Source: a virus (taxonomy: Duplodnaviria; Caudoviricetes). From it: a stretch of DNA of 34,951 nucleotides. The stretch lies in the IMG/VR virus record IMGVR_UViG_3300029318_000042, positions 1 through 34,951 of that record, one strand, 5' to 3'. Position numbers and translations under genes: made by a program. The number at the start of each line of letters is the position of its first letter. The first letter of the stretch is position 1. Of this stretch, positions 8,628-15,508 are shown piece by piece. The notes under the pieces are model-generated. The model saw only the letters and a list, made by a program, of their open reading frames with translations, searched no databases and was not told the origin of the DNA.

Positions 8628-9303
8628 GTGCGGCGTGTAGGTTGTTGAGGTTCCCCTTGCGAAGGGTTGCGTTCTCCTTGCGAAGGCTGTCCATCTCCTT
8701 CTGGAGTTCAATCTTCTCTTCGAGTCGACGTGTGGACGCAAGGACCACGGCATCGAAGTTGTCCTTCCACTCGTCAATCTCCTTCGCCATCCTAATCTTG
8801 TCTGCGAGGTGATTCGTCGCCTCTGCATCCACGGTGTCGAAGTCGGATTGCAACTGGTCCAATCGCTCCTTCCACTCGTCGATAGCGGCAAGGGCCTCGA
8901 CGTAGCGGGCATGCAGGGAGTTGCATGAGGAGCTGATGGCGGCCATCTCGTCACCCACGCTGTCGAGAAAGACCCCGATGTATTCGAGGTCAGGGTTTGT
9001 CTCACGCGGGTCGCCGATAAACTTGCATCGGTCAGCGTAATCTTCGATGGCCTTGGCGATGCGCTTTTGTGCGCCTTCGATAGTGGTTTCCATAACGGGG
9101 ATTGTTTTGCTGTGTTTGACAGGGACAGGGATGTTCGGGAGTGTGCCCACCAGGAACGCCTTGATTACCCTTGCGTCCTCGAAGTCGTCGTCCTCCACGT
9201 TCTCAGACCAGAGCAGTCGGTTGACCGCTTCGATAGCCTGTGCCGCCGTGAACGTCTCGTTCGGGAGCGGGTTGTCGATGTTGTTCAGTTCTTCTTTAAT
9301 CAT
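8614..9303 (-). CDS. Acidic coiled-coil hypothetical protein (229 aa)
   Basis: Heptad-like C-terminal half; ATGA coupling. Confidence 0.8.
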   Translation of the reverse strand: MIKEELNNIDNPLPNETFTAAQAIEAVNRLLWSENVEDDDFEDARVIKAFLVGTLPNIPVPVKHSKTIPVMETTIEGAQKRIAKAIEDYADRCKFIGDPRETNPDLEYIGVFLDSVGDEMAAISSSCNSLHARYVEALAAIDEWKERLDQLQSDFDTVDAEATNHLADKIRMAKEIDEWKDNFDAVVLASTRRLEEKIELQKEMDSLRKENATLRKGNLNNLHAAHDNR

Positions 9304-9554
9304 TGGTTCTTGTATCGTTCGATGAGTTCTTGCTTCGGCTCCTTGTAGAGTTCGTCGTATAACTTCATCTCGTTGAAGCTGTCGCCGTCACGTAGGGCAT
9401 CGGCGAGTTCGTCCAGCCAGTTGACTTCATACTCCTTCGCCCTCCTGTGAAAGCGTTCGGTCAGGATAATCATTGCAATCTCTTGCAGGCTCTTGCGCTC
9501 AATCTCACGGACTACTCCGTCGATGCGCTCTTGTTTCCAGTCAAAATCGTACAT
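9300..9554 (-). CDS. Early hypothetical protein (84 aa)
   Basis: AAACACTCACAACC-ATG leader. Confidence 0.8.
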   Translation of the reverse strand: MYDFDWKQERIDGVVREIERKSLQEIAMIILTERFHRRAKEYEVNWLDELADALRDGDSFNEMKLYDELYKEPKQELIERYKNQ

Positions 9555-9566
9555 GGTTGTGAGTGT

Positions 9567-9818
9567 TTACTTGTTTTTGATGTCGGGCATTTTCTCTCCC
9601 ATGACCCATCCAAAGATGAAGTTCACGAGGTCGTCCCGAAAGTTGTTCATCTCCGTGCCGTCATCTTCGAGCGTGTCGGTGACGTCATGATCGAGTGTGT
9701 CCCAGATGTCGCCAAGGAATGATTCGTCATGCTCATCAACCACGTCCATGATGCGTTCAAACTGCATGCGTTGCTCCTTGGTGAGCAGGTCTTCCTTATA
9801 TGTTTCGTAGTAGTTCAT
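9567..9818 (-). CDS. Very acidic early protein (83 aa)
   Basis: About 23 D/E vs 8 K/R; AAACACTCAAAGAC-ATG leader. Confidence 0.8.
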   Translation of the reverse strand: MNYYETYKEDLLTKEQRMQFERIMDVVDEHDESFLGDIWDTLDHDVTDTLEDDGTEMNNFRDDLVNFIFGWVMGEKMPDIKNK

Positions 9819-9841
9819 GTCTTTGAGTGTTTGAATGTTTG

Positions 9842-9913
9842 TACCCCCAAGAGGAATCGAACCTCTATCTGCGGTTTAGGAAACCGATGCTCTATCCGTT
9901 GAGCTATGGGGGT
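9842..9913 (-). tRNA. tRNA-Arg(CCT), reads AGG; CCA not encoded
   Basis: ACCCCCA-TA-GCTC AACGGATA GAGC-A-TCGGT TTCCTAA ACCGC-AGAT-AGAGG TTCGATT CCTCT-TGGGGGT-A cloverleaf. Confidence 0.92.
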
Positions 9914-9917
9914 GGGG

Positions 9918-10078
9918 TGGTAGGTTTGGCACCTTCGGCACCTACCATGTGAGGAGATTCAGACCTGACCCCATTCGTCGGACACGTCCAGTCGGGGGTT
10001 ACCTCTCACGCCGCTCATCCATGGGGTGTCAGCCCCTGACAAGAGTTGCCCCTCTTTCTGACACGTAGGCAACAGGTG
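9918..10078 (-). ncRNA. Structured non-coding region (hairpin array) between tRNA-like element 1 and tRNA-Arg
   Basis: Stems GTTGCC/GGCAAC, GTGTCAG/CTGACAC, AAGAG/CTCTT, GTGAG/CTCAC, CCCC/GGGG, TGGTAGGT/ACCTACCA. Confidence 0.45.
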
Positions 10079-10141
10079 TGATGCGGGAGGGACTCGAACC
10101 CTCCAACCCCCCAGACACACAGGGGTCAACCATTCGCATCA
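10079..10141 (-). ncRNA. tRNA-like element 1 (D-armless)
   Basis: TGATGCG-AATGGTTGA-CCCC TGTGTGTCT GGGG-GGTT-GGAGGG TTCGAGT CCCTCC-CGCATCA. Confidence 0.65.
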
Positions 10142-10149
10142 TGAGGGTG

Positions 10150-10770
10150 TCAGCCCTCGAAACTCACGTTGGCGTCCAACCAATCGTCAAGCGAATCCTT
10201 TTTTTCCGTAGGGTCTGTACCCTTCTCGGATGTGAAGCCGAGGTCTTGGAACAGCATCGCCGCCTCCTCAGCGTCTTCATGAGCAAAGTTGGCATCTTCC
10301 TCAGCACGACCCGCCTCATCCTGTGGCTGAGGGGTGCGACCCTCGGCATCGAGGTAGATGCGCTTGTTCTCTTGGTTGCGACCGAACTCCGTAATGCTCG
10401 ACGGGCATTGCACTTCGTCGTTCTCTGCCATGTCCAAGGCGCGGCTCTTCATGTACTCGACACGGACCAGGTTCAGGTAGATGCACCCACGATTATGGTT
10501 GTAGGTCATCATGATGCCGTAGGTGGCAGGGTCTTGGTCGTGGCGCTCGGCGAGAGCCTGTGCTTCTCGCAGTTCGCCAGCCCAGTACGAGTACGCACCC
10601 TCAGGATCCGTGGGTGAGATGACGGTGGCCTCCGCGTCATTGGCGTAGTAGTAGAAGCCGTAGGACTGCGGGTTGAGGAGAGCGTCACAGGTGACGATGT
10701 TCATGCCGTGGCAGATGGCGCGGCCAAGAGACTCGGCGAAGGCGCGGGTGTTGGTGTTATCGTTCAGCAT
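10150..10770 (-). CDS. Early protein, distant paralog of 14029..14541, acidic C-tail
   Basis: FAESLGRAI...GCIYLNLVRVEYMKSRALDMA; start corrected to MLNDN because 10771-10876 encodes another ORF. Confidence 0.75.
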   Translation of the reverse strand: MLNDNTNTRAFAESLGRAICHGMNIVTCDALLNPQSYGFYYYANDAEATVISPTDPEGAYSYWAGELREAQALAERHDQDPATYGIMMTYNHNRGCIYLNLVRVEYMKSRALDMAENDEVQCPSSITEFGRNQENKRIYLDAEGRTPQPQDEAGRAEEDANFAHEDAEEAAMLFQDLGFTSEKGTDPTEKKDSLDDWLDANVSFEG

Positions 10771-10876
10771 TGTTCTTGTGCTTTTTCTTTCGTGTGTACT
10801 TGGACTTGTCTTTGTGTACTCGATTAGCGGGTTGCTTGAAGTACTTGCCATCAGGCAGGGTCTTGTTCAAATTCAT
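10757..10876 (-). CDS. Small basic ArfA-like protein (39 aa)
   Basis: Hand translation MNLNKTLPDGKYFKQPANRVHKDKSKYTRKKKHKNNAER; YxRKxKH motif as in ArfA. Confidence 0.6.
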   Translation of the reverse strand: MNLNKTLPDGKYFKQPANRVHKDKSKYTRKKKHKNNAER

Positions 10877-11147
10877 TGGGCAGGTTGCCAAAGGTTTCGT
10901 AGTTCAGGTGCGGGTTCCACTCCTTCATGTCCTCCACAATCTCGCGGGCTTTCATGAGTGAGTAGTCGCGCTTCTGTGTCTCCGTCCCTGCCGTCTGCGG
11001 GGTGGGGAGTGGGATGAGTCGGGTGAATGGTCCGTCCTCGTCGTACATAGCCACGGCGTAGTTCACGTGGTTGTTGCGGATGTCACGAGCGATTGAGTTG
11101 ACGTAGCCTTCTACTGCGTCGAGGTATGCAATGAGTTTGCGATTCAT
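10851..11147 (-). CDS. Early hypothetical protein (98 aa)
   Basis: AAACACTCACAGAC-ATG leader. Confidence 0.8.
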   Translation of the reverse strand: MNRKLIAYLDAVEGYVNSIARDIRNNHVNYAVAMYDEDGPFTRLIPLPTPQTAGTETQKRDYSLMKAREIVEDMKEWNPHLNYETFGNLPNEFEQDPA

Positions 11148-11159
11148 GTCTGTGAGTGT

Positions 11160-11375
11160 TTAGAGTTTCTGTTCGTACATGTCCATGAGGCCTTCCATGA
11201 TGTCCATGAGGTCGGCACGGGAGTAGTCCTGCCACTTCACGAATGGGTCCATCTCGTCAATCCAGTCCCGCATCATGCTCATGAAGCAGACGTGGGTGTG
11301 GATGGCAATGTCTGAGTTGACTTTGGCTCGGACGAGGTCGGCGATGTGCGCCTCGGTGGATGAGGGTTGTTTCAT
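11160..11375 (-). CDS. Early hypothetical protein (71 aa)
   Basis: First gene after promoter P1; start corrected to MKQPSS. Confidence 0.75.
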   Translation of the reverse strand: MKQPSSTEAHIADLVRAKVNSDIAIHTHVCFMSMMRDWIDEMDPFVKWQDYSRADLMDIMEGLMDMYEQKL

Positions 11376-11402
11376 GTGGTGTGAGGTTTGAATTGTCGTG
11401 GA

Positions 11403-11434
11403 CAAAGATACATCAAATGTTCGTTACTACCAAA
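11403..11434 (-). promoter_or_regulatory. Early promoter P1, Bacteroidota sigma-A type
   Basis: TTTG-N20-TATCTTTG. Confidence 0.85.
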
Positions 11435-11455
11435 TTTATTTTCTAAGTTGCTGAT

Positions 11456-11812
11456 TTACAGGGAGGGATAGCTAATCTTGCTCGTGAGCGGCCAAGGGTT
11501 GCGCTCCTCCTCTTGGATGCGCTTGAGCAAATCCTCCAGAGGTTCACGTTGTGCCATGTTGTTCTCTGCGTGGAACCCTGGTGTGAGTACCCATGCGAGA
11601 ATCTCACGGACACCCACAGCCTCACCAAGGTAGGCATCGTCCATACTCCCTTGGTTGAAGCGACCCTTCAGGCTGGTGCGTGTCCTGCAGAAATTACCGC
11701 TGTCGCTGTTGTAGTCGAGGATGTCGAACAGGTCGTCGAACAGGTCCGCCTCGGTGCGGATGTATGTGGTGTTCGTCTTCGCGCAGAAGACCTCGTAGGT
11801 TGTTGCTCTCAT
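11456..11812 (-). CDS. Early hypothetical protein (118 aa)
   Basis: ATGA coupling. Confidence 0.75.
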   Translation of the reverse strand: MRATTYEVFCAKTNTTYIRTEADLFDDLFDILDYNSDSGNFCRTRTSLKGRFNQGSMDDAYLGEAVGVREILAWVLTPGFHAENNMAQREPLEDLLKRIQEEERNPWPLTSKISYPSL

Positions 11813-12039
11813 TGTGCTTGTTCTTGTGCGTTGATGTTTGCGGTTGCGAGGATCCGCTCCATGTCATACATGGAGTAGTCAGCCTCCTTGATGCTCTCAA
11901 GTTTGGCGGCCACGGCGTACCATGTCCGTGCTTCGAGCGGGTCGGACACCTCCCTCCAGTTGTTGAGGCAGATGTCGATGAGTTCCTCGACTGAGGCTTT
12001 GTGTGTGCGGTTCACGTCCGCTTCTGTGTACTTATTCAT
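11809..12039 (-). CDS. Early hypothetical protein (76 aa)
   Basis: Start corrected to MNKYTE. Confidence 0.7.
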   Translation of the reverse strand: MNKYTEADVNRTHKASVEELIDICLNNWREVSDPLEARTWYAVAAKLESIKEADYSMYDMERILATANINAQEQAQ

Positions 12040-12190
12040 CTCCGTAAAAGTCTTTTGCCTCCTCGATTGCTTGGTCGAGGTTGTTCTTGTAGTATTCGTA
12101 GAGTCGCTCGTTGGCGTACTGGATGAGGTCGCCAATGTCCATGGAGTTCACCACGTCACGGACGTATTGCTCTAATTGTCTGCTTGTCAT
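12032..12190 (-). CDS. Early hypothetical protein (52 aa)
   Basis: Start MTSRQL, ATGA-coupled to upstream stop. Confidence 0.7.
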   Translation of the reverse strand: MTSRQLEQYVRDVVNSMDIGDLIQYANERLYEYYKNNLDQAIEEAKDFYGDE

Positions 12191-12897
12191 GCGTATTCGG
12201 TTTCGGTTTGGATGCGGCTTCCGTTCAGCCACACGAGGCGCTTACACTTCTGCACAGGGAAGTAGTGGGTGCAGGTGTCGTCGATGTCGACCATGACATC
12301 CATGGGCCACTCAAGTTCACGCACCACATCTGCAAGGCAGTCGTAGCAGTAGATAAGGCTCTGGGTGTAGTAGGTGTACAGCTTCGGGTCTGTCTGCTCG
12401 TCGGTCAGCCGTTGCTTGATGCGCTCAACGTCGATGCTGATGGTCTCCTCTGCCATGCGGATGGCGGTGGACTTGTGTGTGATGGTGGTCACCATGTCGT
12501 CCATCTGGTCGTAGACCACGACACCATCGCCGAGCATAACCCCGTCATACACTTGGATGAAGAGGGTGTACGCAGACTCGAAGTCCAAATGCTCTGCAAG
12601 TTCAGGAGCGAATTGGTCAGGTACGAACATGACCCTGTGCCACCCGCCGTACTTACACTCGTCGTGGATGACGCTGATGACCTTGGGGTCTACCTCCAAC
12701 TCCTCACACAGGCCAGAGTAGTACTCGTGCTTGTCGTGAATCCATTGGTCGATGTACTCCTCGACAAGAGCCTTGCCGAGTTCGGGAGTCACCACGTCCT
12801 CGACGCGGCGGCAGGTGGTGTCTGAGTAGCCCTCGTTCATGCCTCCGATGGAGTCGACGATGAAGTAGTGAGGGGCGGTGCGAAGGTTAGTCTTCAT
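12187..12897 (-). CDS. Acidic early hypothetical protein (236 aa)
   Basis: First gene after P2; AAAACTCACACCC-ATG leader. Confidence 0.85.
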   Translation of the reverse strand: MKTNLRTAPHYFIVDSIGGMNEGYSDTTCRRVEDVVTPELGKALVEEYIDQWIHDKHEYYSGLCEELEVDPKVISVIHDECKYGGWHRVMFVPDQFAPELAEHLDFESAYTLFIQVYDGVMLGDGVVVYDQMDDMVTTITHKSTAIRMAEETISIDVERIKQRLTDEQTDPKLYTYYTQSLIYCYDCLADVVRELEWPMDVMVDIDDTCTHYFPVQKCKRLVWLNGSRIQTETEYA

Positions 12898-12937
12898 GGG
12901 TGTGAGTTTTGAATGTCGTTGGCTGAATTGCCGTGGA

Positions 12938-12969
12938 CAAAGTTAAGGCAAATGTTCGTTACTACCAAA
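12938..12969 (-). promoter_or_regulatory. Early promoter P2, Bacteroidota sigma-A type
   Basis: TTTG-N20-TAACTTTG; 12949-12977 identical to 11414-11442 of P1. Confidence 0.85.
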
Positions 12970-12970
12970 T

Positions 12971-13135
12971 TTATTTTGCTACCCCTTTAGGGGTAATGAT
13001 TTCAAGGTTGTCGTAGTGCAGGGAGAAGAACTCCGCCGCCCGTTCGCATCCACTTCTGTGGGTGCAGGTGTAGAGGGTGACCTCCAACCCTGGGCGGGTG
13101 GAGCGGGCAGGGGCATAGCCGATGAGCGTGTACAT
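12971..13135 (-). CDS. Small early protein (54 aa, MYTLIGYAPAR...)
   Basis: Hand-found; TGATG coupling. Confidence 0.6.
   Translation of the reverse strand: MYTLIGYAPARSTRPGLEVTLYTCTHRSGCERAAEFFSLHYDNLEIITPKGVAK
12980..12995. promoter_or_regulatory. Palindrome TACCCCT-TT-AGGGGTA, candidate operator upstream of P2
   Basis: 10 nt upstream of the -33 TTTG; related copy at P3. Confidence 0.5.
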
Positions 13136-13290
13136 CAGTCCGTGTACTTGAGGGTGATACCAACAGCCTCACTCAGCACCTTGCCGAGCGGGTTCCCCAT
13201 CTTCTCGATGGTGTCAATGGGGGTGGCGATGAAGAACATCTCCGCCAGCATGAGTGCCTGTTGCACTTTCTGGATTTCGTCTTGCGTCAT
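13135..13290 (-). CDS. Small early protein (51 aa, MTQDEIQKVQQAL...)
   Basis: Hand-found; coupled at both ends. Confidence 0.65.
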   Translation of the reverse strand: MTQDEIQKVQQALMLAEMFFIATPIDTIEKMGNPLGKVLSEAVGITLKYTD

Positions 13291-13436
13291 GTTTGTGTGT
13301 ATTCGATTGGGATGAAGTAGGCTTGAGATTCACCGAGTTGCTCGGAGTCTGCGAGGATTGCGTGGTCGTCGAACCACGGCTCATCCATGTATGTCTGTGA
13401 TTCGGGCCACAGGACGAGCTTGTATGTATCGTTCAT
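13287..13436 (-). CDS. Small early protein with WPESQ motif (49 aa)
   Basis: MNDTYKLVLWPESQTYMDEPWF; start corrected. Confidence 0.7.
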   Translation of the reverse strand: MNDTYKLVLWPESQTYMDEPWFDDHAILADSEQLGESQAYFIPIEYTQT

Positions 13437-13437
13437 G

Positions 13438-13590
13438 TCAAGGGAATTTGATTCCGTAGTCTGTGTATGCGAGTCCACGAGTGGTGCGCCATTCGTTCTT
13501 GAGCCTGACCGCCTCGGCCAGAGAGTCGCACTTGTCGAGGTTGACCCAGTTTCCAGCTCGGTTGAGGGCCATGATTGTGTACTTGTCCAT
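13438..13590 (-). CDS. Small early protein (50 aa, MDKYTIMAL...)
   Basis: Start corrected; CACAGAC-ATG leader. Confidence 0.65.
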   Translation of the reverse strand: MDKYTIMALNRAGNWVNLDKCDSLAEAVRLKNEWRTTRGLAYTDYGIKFP

Positions 13591-13597
13591 GTCTGTG

Positions 13598-13867
13598 TCA
13601 GTTGAAGCTGTATCCGCACTCAGGGCAGAAGGGGTGAACGTCAGTGTATTCAACGTCTTGAGACTTGCAGTCGGGGCATTCGTCGACCTCGTACACACAG
13701 GCCAGATCGATTATCTCTGTGTGTCCACGGCGGGGGCTGTCGTCCTTGGGGAGGAACTCGTCGAGGGCTTGCATCGCCTTGCCGATTCGGGCGATGATGT
13801 CGGTCTCTCCGTCAATCTTGCGGATGATGCGGACAGCGAGGTCGCGCTTGTAGTCTGTGTAGTTCAT
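13598..13867 (-). CDS. Early protein with C-terminal zinc ribbon
   Basis: CPDC...CPECG. Confidence 0.75.
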   Translation of the reverse strand: MNYTDYKRDLAVRIIRKIDGETDIIARIGKAMQALDEFLPKDDSPRRGHTEIIDLACVYEVDECPDCKSQDVEYTDVHPFCPECGYSFN

Positions 13868-13870
13868 GTC

Positions 13871-14032
13871 TCAGAAGTGTTTGTGGATGAGTGTGTGCAG
13901 GAGGAGTTGGTTCTCAATCTTGGCGTTGCCGTAGTCTCGCTTGAGCAGGTCCACCACTTCGGGGACCTCGACCACGAGGTTCGGGTCAACTTCGCACTCC
14001 GTGCAGATGCCGAGGAATTCGTGTTTGGTCAT
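13871..14032 (-). CDS. Small early protein (53 aa, MTKHEFLGICTECEVDP...)
   Basis: Hand-found; ATGA coupling. Confidence 0.65.
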   Translation of the reverse strand: MTKHEFLGICTECEVDPNLVVEVPEVVDLLKRDYGNAKIENQLLLHTLIHKHF

Positions 14033-14541
14033 GCGAAGGTGTAGTCAGGGTTGATGATTTCTTTGCTGTTGTCGATGCTGTAGATGGCCTTCTCTCCGCG
14101 CTCGGAAGCGAGCCGCAGGGCCTCGGATTGGTCATCCACAAGGGTGGTCACGTCGAAGACGATATCCTCGCCATCCACCCATGTGCCGACACACAGGGGG
14201 CGGTCAGGCATCCATCCGTGTTCGTAGGCGGCGGCCCAAGTCTTCTCGAAAGCCCGCTTGAACTGCTTAAACAGGACCTGTGGGTGGTGGGTGACCCACT
14301 CCTTTGAGCCTTCATCCCACTCCGTCATGGGGATGCGGAGTTCAGGCACACAGCCACCGACTGCGTGACCCCAACAGGGACGCCATGGGTCGGTCGGGAG
14401 GCCATCGTAGTTGAGCCGCCCCGCAGGGAAGGCGAAGCGTGTGTGGCCTGGTGTGAGCAGGATGGTGTCACCGCCGTCAGCAAGGGTGCGGCCATAGGAC
14501 TCAGCGATGAGGCTGAAGTGGGGGTATTGAAAGGTCTTCAT
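14029..14541 (-). CDS. Early protein, possible SAM-lyase-like fold
   Basis: VGTWVDGEDIVFDV...EALRLASERGEKAIY pattern; CDS certain, function speculative. Confidence 0.6.
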   Translation of the reverse strand: MKTFQYPHFSLIAESYGRTLADGGDTILLTPGHTRFAFPAGRLNYDGLPTDPWRPCWGHAVGGCVPELRIPMTEWDEGSKEWVTHHPQVLFKQFKRAFEKTWAAAYEHGWMPDRPLCVGTWVDGEDIVFDVTTLVDDQSEALRLASERGEKAIYSIDNSKEIINPDYTFA

Positions 14542-14563
14542 GTGTGTGAGTGTTTGAAGGTGA

Positions 14564-14654
14564 GAGACACAGGAGGAATCGAACCTCCGATGGTCGCAGA
14601 TAGGGTTGCCTCAACACGGCTCGCCTATGATGGTCACATCCACCCTGTGTGTCT
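14564..14654 (-). ncRNA. tRNA-like element 2 (remodelled D and extended anticodon arms)
   Basis: AGACACA/TGTGTCT 7-bp acceptor, GGAGG TTCGATT CCTCC T-arm, GGTGG/CCATC, ATAGG/CCTAT plus GCC GTGTTGA GGC. Confidence 0.7.
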
Positions 14655-14720
14655 GAAACAGGTTCTGCCTGTTCCGCAGTTAGGAGCGTCCTCCCTCTGC
14701 TATCGGATGCCGCCTCCGAT
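14655..14720 (-). ncRNA. Three abutting hairpins 5' of tRNA-like element 2
   Basis: ATCGGA/TCCGAT; GCAG..GGAG GACG CTCC..CTGC; GGAACAGG/CCTGTTTC. Confidence 0.5.
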
Positions 14721-14739
14721 GGGACGTAATGGTTGTGTG

Positions 14740-14937
14740 TCACACAGGCAAGGCGTCTCGCCACACCTCCACGAAGTTGGGGATGTCCCACAGGGCAAGG
14801 GCGTACACTTCGCCATCCTGCTTGAAGGTGATGAAGTTGTCGTAGGTTGCCATGAACTGCGTGTCAGGGATGTAGCGAATCACCTGCTTGGCCTGTTCGA
14901 TGAGAGCCGCGTTGTCGGGGAGCTGAGAAGTCTTCAT
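14740..14937 (-). CDS. Early hypothetical protein (65 aa)
   Basis: First gene after P3; AACACTCACACAC-ATG leader. Confidence 0.8.
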   Translation of the reverse strand: MKTSQLPDNAALIEQAKQVIRYIPDTQFMATYDNFITFKQDGEVYALALWDIPNFVEVWRDALPV

Positions 14938-14985
14938 GTGTGTGAGTGTTCGAATGTTTGATTGGGTTGGTGCCGAATCGGACCG

Positions 14986-15018
14986 CTAAGTTAAGCACAT
15001 CGATTCCACATTTCCAAA
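14986..15018 (-). promoter_or_regulatory. Early promoter P3
   Basis: TTTG-N21-TAACTTAG (one mismatch). Confidence 0.65.
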
Positions 15019-15027
15019 TCTAATTTC

Positions 15028-15255
15028 TTACCCTTTAGGGTAGATTGCCCTGAACACCGATTGCTTCTGCGCCATGTCCTGCACCTCAGCGTCTGTGTAC
15101 ACTTGGCACATACCGCAGGGGAGCTTGAACACGGGGCAGAGCTTCCCGTGTCTGTCCCTGAACACAGCCACTTGTGCGTTGAGGTAGTCAGCGGCGTTGA
15201 GGATGGTGGCGGCGTAGGGGCCGCTCTCGTCGAGGATGTGAGTCACGTCTGTCAT
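15028..15255 (-). CDS. Early hypothetical protein (75 aa)
   Basis: CA-rich leader; codon usage like neighbours. Confidence 0.75.
   Translation of the reverse strand: MTDVTHILDESGPYAATILNAADYLNAQVAVFRDRHGKLCPVFKLPCGMCQVYTDAEVQDMAQKQSVFRAIYPKG
15029..15042. promoter_or_regulatory. Palindrome TACCCT-TT-AGGGTA upstream of P3
   Basis: Again 10 nt upstream of the -33 TTTG. Confidence 0.5.
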
Positions 15256-15268
15256 GTGTGGTCGATCT

Positions 15269-15285
15269 TGTGTGTGTGTGTGTGT
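15269..15285. repeat. (TG)8 / (CA)8 dinucleotide tract
   Basis: Direct reading, in an intergenic leader. Confidence 0.85.
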
Positions 15286-15494
15286 CAGAGGAACTTGCGG
15301 ATGCAGGCATCAACCACGGCCTGCCAATCGATGTGGTCAGTGTCCATGGGCATGGCGTTCAGCGCCGTGAGTGTGTGTGTCATGGGCTTGAGGGGGAAGT
15401 GCATCACCACGAAGGTGTTGATGGACTCCCAGTCCTTGCAGTTGTAGAGCTGAGCCTGAAGCTCCTTTTGGAGCGGTGTACGTGTGTCTGTCAT
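15285..15494 (-). CDS. Early hypothetical protein (69 aa)
   Basis: Start corrected to MTDTRT, just after tRNA-like element 3. Confidence 0.7.
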   Translation of the reverse strand: MTDTRTPLQKELQAQLYNCKDWESINTFVVMHFPLKPMTHTLTALNAMPMDTDHIDWQAVVDACIRKFL

Positions 15495-15508
15495 GTGTCT
15501 GTGTATTT

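Noticed and set aside
10020-10078. HDV-like (theta) ribozyme after tRNA-like element 1
   Set aside because: P1/P2-like crossing stems exist, but there is no room for P3/L3 and no P1.1 or J4/2 catalytic motif
11403-12977. Repeats of about 30 nt as a possible CRISPR array
   Set aside because: Only two copies 1.5 kb apart, explained as promoters; no spacers or cas genes
14564-14654. Element 2 as a functional tRNA-Asn(GTT), tRNA-Sec or intron-containing tRNA
   Set aside because: No U8/A14 D-arm consensus, anticodon arm interrupted and overlong, no TCA anticodon, no bulge-helix-bulge
15269-15285. (CA)8 tract as a phase-variation switch
   Set aside because: Intergenic and outside promoter spacers; better explained as part of the CA-rich leaders
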